Positions 56,425 through 64,000 of a stretch of DNA of 64,000 bases are shown one piece after another. A program made the position numbers and the translations under genes. The DNA is from Fibrobacterales bacterium. GTDB taxonomy: Bacteria; Fibrobacterota; Fibrobacteria; Fibrobacterales; JAOPTW01. The notes under the pieces were generated by a model, which did not search any database, was not told the DNA's origin, and saw nothing but the letters and a program-made list of their open reading frames with translations. Position 1 is the stretch's first letter; each line of letters starts with the position of its first letter. The DNA lies in the NCBI GenBank assembly GCA_051532035.1, contig JAOPTW010000001.1, positions 29,041 through 93,040 of the forward strand, given 5' to 3'.

Positions 56425-57378
56425 TTAGTTTACCACATTTATTGGAGTACCCGTAGTATATGCGGAAATATTGTTTGTAGCCATTTCAATGAGGCGTTTT
56501 CGGGCCTCTACCGTTGCCCATCCAAAATGGGGAGTAATAAGGCAATTATTGAGAGATAACAAAGGATTGTTTTTTGAGGGTGGTTCTTTTGTCAATACAT
56601 CAAGTCCAGCACCTGCAATCATTTTTTTCGAGAGTGCATCAGCGAGTGCTTGTTCATCAATAAGGGGACCACGCCCAGTATTGATAATAAAAGCTGAGGG
56701 TTTCATCGTTTTAAGAGTCTGACTGTTTATCATTTCTGTTGTTTCTTGAGTGAGAGGACAATGAAGTGAGATAAAGTCACTTTCTGAAAAAAGCTCATTT
56801 CGAGAGATAAAGCGTATACCTGGAATGTTTTCTGATGGTACGGTTCTGGTATGTACAATAATTTTCATATTAAATGCCTGCCCAATAGCGATAACTTTTT
56901 GAGCAATAGCTCCATACCCAATTACGCCAAGAGTTTTTCCACTGAGTTCAAGCAATGGATGGTTCCAGTATGAGAAATCCTGGCAAGAACTCCAGTCGCC
57001 GCTATGGACACTCTCAGAGTGTTGAGCGGTGGAGTGGGTATGTGCCAAAATAAAACTAAAGGTTAGTTGCGCAACAGAGTCGGTACTATAGCCCGGTATG
57101 TTTGTTACGAGTATACCGTTCTTTTTGGCAAAGTCAATATCAATTACGTTATATCCAGTAGCGAGGACACCGATATATTTAAGATCAGGAAGCTGCATAA
57201 GTATCTCTTTATGCAATACTACTTTGTTGGTAAGAATAACTTCGGCGCCCTGAGCACGGTCGACTATTTCGCTGAGCTCTGTTCTATCATACAGAGTTAC
57301 GTCACCAATTGCTTGTAATGGCTCCCATGAAAGGTCGCCGGGATTAGTGGTATAGCTATCAAGAATTACAATCTTCAC
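56425..57378 (-). CDS. D-2-hydroxyacid dehydrogenase (glycerate dehydrogenase-like)
   Basis: GVIGYGAIA, SLHCPLT, INTGRG, GLDVL..EPP, ITPH. Confidence 0.92.
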   Translation of the reverse strand: MKIVILDSYTTNPGDLSWEPLQAIGDVTLYDRTELSEIVDRAQGAEVILTNKVVLHKEILMQLPDLKYIGVLATGYNVIDIDFAKKNGILVTNIPGYSTDSVAQLTFSFILAHTHSTAQHSESVHSGDWSSCQDFSYWNHPLLELSGKTLGVIGYGAIAQKVIAIGQAFNMKIIVHTRTVPSENIPGIRFISRNELFSESDFISLHCPLTQETTEMINSQTLKTMKPSAFIINTGRGPLIDEQALADALSKKMIAGAGLDVLTKEPPSKNNPLLSLNNCLITPHFGWATVEARKRLIEMATNNISAYTTGTPINVVN

Positions 57379-58262
57379 AGTCTATCTGCCTCCAAAAGGT
57401 TGATCGTATCATATATCTTGAGAGTCGCTTTGGAGTTGTTCAGGGTGTAAAAGTGAATACCTTGAACATTGTTATACACGAGATCGCGTACCTGCTCTGT
57501 AGCCCAGTGCATACCAATTTTTTCAACGTCATCATCGTTTTTAGCGTAGAGTACTGCTTTTTGAAGTCGTGCAGGAATACGAGAGCCGAGAGAAAGCTCA
57601 GCCATGCGAACCATGCTACTTTTAGTGGCAATAGGCATAATGCCTGCTATTATAGGGACGGTAATTCCTGTGAGCTCACAGCGTTCTTTAAAATCATAAA
57701 AGTCACGGTTGTCAAAAAAGAGTTGTGTCACAATGTAGTCAGCACCGGCATCTACTTTTGCTTTGAGGTACTCCATTTCTTTGAGTCTATTAGGAGTGTC
57801 GGGGTGTCCTTCAGGAAAGCCGGCGACACCAATACCCATGTCGGGATGGTGTTCTTTTATAAATGCAACAAGGTCACTCGCGTACTCAAATCCATCTTCG
57901 GCTGCAATATCACGAAGGGTTCCGTCGTGAGGAAGGTCACCTTTGAGGGCAAGGATATTTTTAACGCCATTTTTAGCATAATCGTCGAGCACCACTTTCA
58001 TCTCGGCACGGGTCGAATTGACGCATGTGAGATGGGATACTACGGTAAGGTCGGTTTTTTCCATGATTTCTAGAATAATATCATGAGTTTTCTCTCGGGT
58101 TGAGCCACCCGCACCATAGGTAACACTTACATAGGCGGGCTCAAGAGGCATGAGATCACTAATAGTGGTAAAGAGTTTGCTCCATCCCTTGTCTGTTTTG
58201 GGAGGGAAAAATTCAAAGCTAAAAGTGATTTTGTGCTCTTTAAAGATATCGGCTATATGCAT
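57375..58262 (-). CDS. metF: 5,10-methylenetetrahydrofolate reductase
   Basis: SFEFFPPK, VSVTYGAGG, HLTC, TQLFFD, HFYTLN. Confidence 0.95.
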   Translation of the reverse strand: MHIADIFKEHKITFSFEFFPPKTDKGWSKLFTTISDLMPLEPAYVSVTYGAGGSTREKTHDIILEIMEKTDLTVVSHLTCVNSTRAEMKVVLDDYAKNGVKNILALKGDLPHDGTLRDIAAEDGFEYASDLVAFIKEHHPDMGIGVAGFPEGHPDTPNRLKEMEYLKAKVDAGADYIVTQLFFDNRDFYDFKERCELTGITVPIIAGIMPIATKSSMVRMAELSLGSRIPARLQKAVLYAKNDDDVEKIGMHWATEQVRDLVYNNVQGIHFYTLNNSKATLKIYDTINLLEADRL

Positions 58263-58367
58263 GGGTAAGTCCAGGTGGGGGAGTGTTCAATAATATAACT
58301 ATTTTGGCCTAAATTTGGTCTTAAACGGCAGTAACAGGCCTATTTACTTCTGTTCTATAGAGGATCA

Positions 58368-59465
58368 TTACCATTTTCGCATGAGCCATTCGAGTCCATA
58401 TTTAAAAGAATATTTTTTCCAGTAGGTTGTAGCAATTAACAGCCCGAAAATAGAAAGAAGCGTTATGGATAGTGCTGTAATTTCTGACGTTGTTCGAAAG
58501 AGGCTTAGAGTGACGAGCAACTCTCTGAAGAGTAAGATGTGTACAAAGAGGAGCGTCAGTGAACAGCGACCAACTGATTCAATGCCAGTAAGAAGGAGTG
58601 ACGGCTTACGGGCAGGGAGTCGCATGAGAAGGCTGAGAGTGATTGTGGCGGTGCCTGTTAAGAAGAGGAGCATTCCGGGGCTGATAGGATAAAAGAGGGG
58701 GGAGGGGCTACAGAGTCTGCTCAGAAAAGGGGGAAGGGGTAGTTCCTTTAGAAAATGGCCTGTGACCATAAGGAGGAGTCCGGTTCCTTGTATAATTAAG
58801 CTTTTTGTTATCACCGGAAAAAAGTGAGCTTCTGGCTGTGGATGAAACGAGGGTTTGAAAAGGGATAGAGAGAGAAGATAGAGTGGGGCCCACGGTAAGA
58901 GAGAGAAGTGACCTTGAATAAATGAAATTCTAAGCAATTGTTCCCAGAGAGGGAATGCCATAGTATAAGGGCTGGTACCCGCCATGTCGGTATTAGATAG
59001 CATATCTGGTATAGAAAAGTGATTGATAAGTGCAGCATAGAGCATAAGCACCGTAAAAGCACAGAAGCCTAAAAAGAGGGAAGAACGTTTTAGTAAAAAG
59101 GGGGTAATGATGAGCATGGCCCCTAAAAAGTGAAGTATGTACCATGACTTCATTGAGAACCAACTGGGGACGAGTAGGTTAAGGATGGAGCCAAAGCCTA
59201 TAAGAAGTAAACCACGTTTAGCAAAGAGTACCCACGATGGTTGTTTTTGAAAGAGTAATAGGGAGCTATACGCTGTGGCTGTGATAAAAAAAGGAGCCGC
59301 TAACCCACCCAATATTGAGAGAATAACAATTGCTGGGTAGTCGTTGAACGTCTCTCCAGTTTGTATACCACGCCAGAGCCACGACCCTAGGTGCTGTTCT
59401 ACCATGAGAATCAGTGCGAAGCCTCTAAAAAGATCTAAGCCATGAATGCGTGATGTTTGGTTCAT
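58368..59465 (-). CDS. DUF1624 / HGSNAT-like acyltransferase membrane protein
   Basis: RIHGLDLFRGFALILM..H, many TMs, GLEWLMR; likely start MNQTS at 59465. Confidence 0.75.
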   Translation of the reverse strand: MNQTSRIHGLDLFRGFALILMVEQHLGSWLWRGIQTGETFNDYPAIVILSILGGLAAPFFITATAYSSLLLFQKQPSWVLFAKRGLLLIGFGSILNLLVPSWFSMKSWYILHFLGAMLIITPFLLKRSSLFLGFCAFTVLMLYAALINHFSIPDMLSNTDMAGTSPYTMAFPLWEQLLRISFIQGHFSLLPWAPLYLLSLSLFKPSFHPQPEAHFFPVITKSLIIQGTGLLLMVTGHFLKELPLPPFLSRLCSPSPLFYPISPGMLLFLTGTATITLSLLMRLPARKPSLLLTGIESVGRCSLTLLFVHILLFRELLVTLSLFRTTSEITALSITLLSIFGLLIATTYWKKYSFKYGLEWLMRKW

Positions 59466-59504
59466 AGTGATAAGATAGATACTTTTTAATTGAGAATGCA
59501 AAAT

Positions 59505-59539
59505 AAAAAAGCCCCACTCTACACTGTAGAATGGGGCTT
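59505..59539 (-). terminator. Terminator of nqr operon
   Basis: AAGCCCCA...TGGGGCTT stem with an A-run (U-tract on the minus strand). Confidence 0.8.
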
Positions 59540-59559
59540 ATGTCACTGATTCTTTTTAT

Positions 59560-60801
59560 TTAGATACCGAAGTCATCCGCATGGATCATCTTCTTCTCTA
59601 CACCAAGATTATCGAGCATGGCGTGGACTGAATCAGACATGATTGGAGGTCCACACATATAGTATTCAATGTCTTCTGGGGTTTCATGATCTTTCAGGTG
59701 TAAGTCGTGTACGACATTGTGAATAAAGCCAACAGCTCCTTCCCAATTATCACCTTCTTCTGGTTCAGAGAGTGCAATGTGGAACTTGAAGTTGTCGTAC
59801 TGCTCTTCGATTGCTCTAAAGAGAGGTTCGTAAAAGATCTCTTTTTTAGAACGGGCACCGTAGTAGTACGTTACTTTACGGCCAGTTTTAAGGGTATTAA
59901 AGAGGTGGAAAATGTGTGATCTGAGTGGAGCCATACCAGCACCACCACCGATGTATACCATTTCGTTTTGAGTATCTTGAATATAGAACTCACCATAGGG
60001 GCCAGAAACAGTAACTTCATCACCTTCTTTAAGATTAAAGATATATGATGACGCGAGTCCTGGAGGTACATCAGCAAAGCCACCTTTTGCACGATCCCAT
60101 GGAGGAGCACACACTCGTACGTTGAGCATTACAATACCTTTTTCTGCAGGGTATGATGCCATAGAGTACGCGCGAACCATCTCTTGTGGATTCGTTGCAG
60201 AGAGATCCCACATCTTAAATTTATCCCATTCAGGTTTAAATCTTTCGGGGATATCCATCGATTTGAATGAAAGGTCTTTATAGGCAGGGATCTTAATCTG
60301 TATGTAACCACCAGCTTTATAGTTGAGATCAAGCCCTTCGGGGAGCTCAATAACAAACTCTTTAATGTAGGTAGAAACAGAGTTATTTGATTTAACCTTT
60401 GCCTTAAACTCTTGAATATTAAAGATCTCATCAGGGATCTGGAGCTTCAGGTCATTTTTGACTTTCATCTGACACGCTAAACGCCAGTGTTCTTTAGCCT
60501 CTTTGCGATTGATGTGACCAGTCTCGGTTGGGAGAATGTCACCACCACCTTCAAGAACCTGACAGGTACACATACCACAGGTTCCACCACCACCGCATGC
60601 AGAGGGGAGGAAGATATCATTGTTCGTAAGAGCGTTCAAGAGTGTAGTACCCGGCGATGTTATTTTTTTTAATGACGCATCGCCATTAATATCAAGAGCA
60701 ACTTCACCTTGTGCTACCAATTTGTTTTCTGCAATCAAAAGCACAAACACGAGTGCGAGAATGATTACCGTAAAAATTATAATTCCAATTACAACCATCA
60801 T
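59560..60801 (-). CDS. nqrF: Na+-NQR subunit F
   Basis: SACGGGGTCGMC, RLACQ, RAYSMAS, GGGAGMAP, CGPP, DDFG. Confidence 0.97.
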   Translation of the reverse strand: MMVVIGIIIFTVIILALVFVLLIAENKLVAQGEVALDINGDASLKKITSPGTTLLNALTNNDIFLPSACGGGGTCGMCTCQVLEGGGDILPTETGHINRKEAKEHWRLACQMKVKNDLKLQIPDEIFNIQEFKAKVKSNNSVSTYIKEFVIELPEGLDLNYKAGGYIQIKIPAYKDLSFKSMDIPERFKPEWDKFKMWDLSATNPQEMVRAYSMASYPAEKGIVMLNVRVCAPPWDRAKGGFADVPPGLASSYIFNLKEGDEVTVSGPYGEFYIQDTQNEMVYIGGGAGMAPLRSHIFHLFNTLKTGRKVTYYYGARSKKEIFYEPLFRAIEEQYDNFKFHIALSEPEEGDNWEGAVGFIHNVVHDLHLKDHETPEDIEYYMCGPPIMSDSVHAMLDNLGVEKKMIHADDFGI

Positions 60802-60806
60802 ATCTC

Positions 60807-61412
60807 CTAAAGGCTAATGCCGGCAAATGCCATAAATGCCATAGCCATGAGTCCAGAAGCGATAAAGATACTTGGTGTACCTTTAAGACCTTTGGGCATG
60901 TGTGAATATTCAAGTTTCTGACGAATAGCAGCAAGACCAATAATTGCAAGCCAGAAACCGACACCAGATCCAAATCCAAATACCGTTGCTTCAGCAATAT
61001 CATACTTTCTCTCAACCATAAAGAGTGACGCTCCTAGGATAGAACAGTTCACTGTGATAAGAGGGAGAAAGATACCGAGGGATGCATAGAGTACCGGTGA
61101 TGATTTTTCGATGATCATCTCTACTACTTGTACCAATGCCGCAATTACCGCAATAAATGAGATAAAAGTGAGGTAGCTGAGGTCTACTTCGGGAAAACCA
61201 GCCCATGCAAGAGCGCCATTTTCGAGTAGATATGAATTGAGCAGCCAGTTCACGGGTGTTGCAAGAGTAAGAACGAAAATTACTGCAATACCGAGCCCCA
61301 TAGCGGTTTCAATCTTTTTTGAACAGGCAAGAAATGAACACATTCCGAGGAAGAATGCGAGAAGAATGTTCTCAACAAATATCGCCTTAATAGCTAAGTT
61401 AACTAATTCCAT
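60807..61412 (-). CDS. nqrE: Na+-NQR subunit E
   Basis: [25 protein letters not shown]. Confidence 0.96.
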   Translation of the reverse strand: MELVNLAIKAIFVENILLAFFLGMCSFLACSKKIETAMGLGIAVIFVLTLATPVNWLLNSYLLENGALAWAGFPEVDLSYLTFISFIAVIAALVQVVEMIIEKSSPVLYASLGIFLPLITVNCSILGASLFMVERKYDIAEATVFGFGSGVGFWLAIIGLAAIRQKLEYSHMPKGLKGTPSIFIASGLMAMAFMAFAGISL

Positions 61413-62029
61413 TATTTAGCTCCTTTTTTAATAAGGTAGTTGTTTTGTAACCATCCAATGATTCCTACAAGAAAGAATGCACCAGGTGCAAGAACCATAA
61501 GGCCCATGTCTGTGTATCCAAGGTCATATAAGAAGTCAGGAACAATTTTAAAACCAAACCATGAACCTGCGCCGAGAATTTCCCTAAACGTTGATACAAG
61601 AATGAGAATTACACCGTAGCCAATGCCACTACCAAACCCATCTAAGACAGAAACCAAAGGTTTGTTACCGAGAGCAAATGCTTCTGCACGGCCCATAACA
61701 ATACAGTTGGTAATAATAAGACCAACAAATACTGAAAGTTCTTTTGATGTTTGAAACAAGAATGCTTTTAATATTTGGTCTGTTAATATTACGAGTGTTG
61801 CAATAATAATGAGCTCAACAATCATACGAATCTTACTAGGGATTGCATGACGAAGAAGTGATATGATTCCATTAGAAAGCATTACCACAACCATGAGTGA
61901 AATTGTCATCACTAACGCTGTTTTTACTTGTGTTGTTACCGCAAGAGCAGAACAGACGCCAAGTGTTTGGGTTAAAATAGGATTCTGAGCCAGGGTAGAC
62001 TCTTTAATCATATCATTCATTTTACTCAT
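61412..62029 (-). CDS. nqrD: Na+-NQR subunit D
   Basis: [32 protein letters not shown]; likely start MSKMN at 62029. Confidence 0.95.
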   Translation of the reverse strand: MSKMNDMIKESTLAQNPILTQTLGVCSALAVTTQVKTALVMTISLMVVVMLSNGIISLLRHAIPSKIRMIVELIIIATLVILTDQILKAFLFQTSKELSVFVGLIITNCIVMGRAEAFALGNKPLVSVLDGFGSGIGYGVILILVSTFREILGAGSWFGFKIVPDFLYDLGYTDMGLMVLAPGAFFLVGIIGWLQNNYLIKKGAK

Positions 62030-62768
62030 GAGAAGCCTCCTCTGATACAGTTTTATTGAGTGCCATATAAGGAGCAAAGAAATCAAGATCTTTTTTCATG
62101 AATTCGTTGACCCCTTTAGCGGTAAGAGTAGCGCCTGCAATTCCATCAACTTCGTGGTTAAACGACTTTGATTTTTCAAGGGCTTTTCCTTTTACAATGG
62201 TTACCGAAGCAATAGAGCCATCAGCACCGAGTACTTCTTTACCTTTGTAATTATTGGTAAACCAGTTTTTATCGATTTCGCCACCAAGCCCTGGTGTCTC
62301 ACCATGAGAGTAAAAGGTCAATCCTTTAATAGTATTGAGATTTTTCTCAAGAGCTAAATAACCTTTGATAGTAGACCAGAGACCTTTACCCGAGATAGGG
62401 AGGCAGTACGCTTTAATGTCACTTCCTACCTTATGCAGGTAGAGTGCACGACGTTCTGTCTCATCCTCTTTGAGGTCTGTTGGTTTAACACCGTCAATAA
62501 TAGTACCCTTTGCATTTACCACTACACCAGTAATGTTCTCGGTATAGAGTTTTGAAATGGTAGTAGCTTGAATTGAACCAAAATAATCTTCAGTCTCTTC
62601 TTGGCCGCTTTCACGTACGTCGAGTGCTTTAATAATATTTTTCATCTTATCGATTCGAATGTTCTCTTCCTGGTAGGGCTTGAGATACTGGGCTGCAAAA
62701 GAGAGCAACCCCGAACTGATAATACAGATAATCAGTGCAAATCTAATTGCTCGTTTATTTTCCTGCAC
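62022..62768 (-). CDS. nqrC: Na+-NQR subunit C
   Basis: GKGLWS, HGETPGLGGEI, VDGIAGAT (FMN-Thr). Confidence 0.95.
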   Translation of the reverse strand: MQENKRAIRFALIICIISSGLLSFAAQYLKPYQEENIRIDKMKNIIKALDVRESGQEETEDYFGSIQATTISKLYTENITGVVVNAKGTIIDGVKPTDLKEDETERRALYLHKVGSDIKAYCLPISGKGLWSTIKGYLALEKNLNTIKGLTFYSHGETPGLGGEIDKNWFTNNYKGKEVLGADGSIASVTIVKGKALEKSKSFNHEVDGIAGATLTAKGVNEFMKKDLDFFAPYMALNKTVSEEASHE

Positions 62769-63984
62769 GTGCGAGCCTCCTTTTAATATTCCCTTGAATC
62801 ACATAGTGATCAATCAGTGGCGCAAATACATTCATGAATAGAATTGCAAGCATCATACCTTCTGGGTATGCAGGGTTTGCAACTCGAATGATAACAGCAA
62901 GTGCTCCAATAAGTGCACCATACACCCACTTACCCGTGTTAGTACCTGAGGCACTCACTGGGTCGGTAGCCATAAACGCTGCACCAAAAGCAAATCCACC
63001 CATTACCCAGTGGTAATAGAAAGGAAGATGCATAAGGCTATTTGATTCTGCCCCTGCAAATGCGTTAAAAATAAGAGCAACAATAGTTGAACCAACTAAG
63101 GTACCCAGCATAATACGGCCACTTCCAAGGCGGGTAAATACGAGGACCAACGCTCCAAGGAGACAGAGGAGTGCAGATGTTTCGCCTGCGGAACCGGGGA
63201 CAAATCCCAGAAAGAGATTACTGAATGTAAAGCCTGCACTATTGAGTGAATCAATAACTGCAGCACCAGTACCTTGTGAAGCAACAAGAAGCGGAGTCGC
63301 TCCTGAGTAGGCATCAACAAGTTTATCTGTTGTAGTATTTATCGCTCTCCATACACCATCACCAGAGATAAATGTTGGATATGAGAAGAAGATAAATGCA
63401 CGTGCGGTGAGTGCTGGATTAAGGAAGTTCATTCCTGAACCACCAAATACTTCTTTACCAATGATTACACCAAATGCGGTTCCTACAGCAACAACCCAAA
63501 GTGGTGTTGTAGGAGCAAGGGTAAGTGGTAAAAGCATTCCTGTTACAAAGAATCCTTCATTTACTTCGTGTCCACGAATCTGACCAAAAATAACCTCTAT
63601 CACCGATCCGGTCATATACGTTACAATGACGATAGGGAGCATAGCCCACATTCCGTGAATGAATGAATTAATGATTGTTGGCTCAATACCAGTAAATACC
63701 GTAAGGAGATCGTTACTGGCAGTCAGACTGCTCAGTTTTTGAAACCCTACATTATAAAAGGCAAAGAGTAGACAAGGAATGATGGTCATAATAACGAGTG
63801 ACATCATGCGCTTTGAATCAAGTGCATCTCTTACATGTACCCTTGAACTCGTCGTCTCATTAGGAGTTCTAATAAGAGTATCAAGTGCGTCGGCCATAGC
63901 ATGCATTTTTTTGAATGGACCTTCTTTCGTAAGGTTCATCAATATGTCAGCTGGTTTTTCTAATAAGTCTTTTGTAATTCTCAT
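62755..63984 (-). CDS. nqrB: Na+-NQR subunit B
   Basis: HVRDA.D.KR, NEGFFVT, KEVFGG.G.N.LNPAL, SGAT (FMN-Thr), MATDPVS, YPEGMMLAI. Confidence 0.96.
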   Translation of the reverse strand: MRITKDLLEKPADILMNLTKEGPFKKMHAMADALDTLIRTPNETTSSRVHVRDALDSKRMMSLVIMTIIPCLLFAFYNVGFQKLSSLTASNDLLTVFTGIEPTIINSFIHGMWAMLPIVIVTYMTGSVIEVIFGQIRGHEVNEGFFVTGMLLPLTLAPTTPLWVVAVGTAFGVIIGKEVFGGSGMNFLNPALTARAFIFFSYPTFISGDGVWRAINTTTDKLVDAYSGATPLLVASQGTGAAVIDSLNSAGFTFSNLFLGFVPGSAGETSALLCLLGALVLVFTRLGSGRIMLGTLVGSTIVALIFNAFAGAESNSLMHLPFYYHWVMGGFAFGAAFMATDPVSASGTNTGKWVYGALIGALAVIIRVANPAYPEGMMLAILFMNVFAPLIDHYVIQGNIKRRLARAGK

Positions 63985-63985
63985 G

Positions 63986-64000
63986 TTATCCCTCCACCTG
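63986..64000 (-). CDS. nqrA: Probable last codons of nqrA (QVEG-stop)
   Basis: Minus strand reads CAG GTG GAG GGA TAA directly before the nqrB ATG. NqrA usually ends in ...EG and precedes nqrB. Confidence 0.55.
   Translation of the reverse strand, partial: QVEG

Noticed and set aside
57453..58073. 206 aa + strand ORF
   Set aside because: Antisense shadow of metF.

Overview
Bacterial chromosomal window, AT-rich by eye. Tandem-95/PEGA/FGE proteins and Na+-NQR suggest a marine or saline organism, possibly Fibrobacterota-like, but this is inference only. 1-34 kb: an extended type VI secretion (T6SS) locus. Its core operon is tssK-L-M-A-B-C-hcp-E-F-G-H-vgrG-DUF2169, with no recognisable tssJ. 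Upstream accessory genes include a PEGA/putative beta-barrel/FGE-sulfatase protein, an orphan solute-binding protein, an NlpC/P60 lipoprotein, a DUF2169-PAAR(extended)-LysM-like-998 aa candidate effector cassette with a convergent lipoprotein, and a strongly diverged TssC-like (possibly TssB/C) protein. Four intergenic regions of this locus share a CRP/FNR-like GTGAT-N4-GTCA motif. 34-38 kb: a WYL regulator/GyrI-like pair with a PafBC-like promoter, then a DUF692 (MNIO)/DUF2063 RiPP cluster with a duplicated six-Cys lipoprotein precursor and a second Cys/Lys-rich secreted peptide. 38-64 kb: mostly ordinary genes (tcdA-like, rubrerythrin-like, CDGSH-MarR-YceI, a two-kinase signalling operon, slyX, rsuA-like, GGDEF, metF, nqrB-F and the end of nqrA). 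No rRNA, tRNA, CRISPR array or mobile element was recognised. All family calls come from motif recognition by eye; no searches were run.
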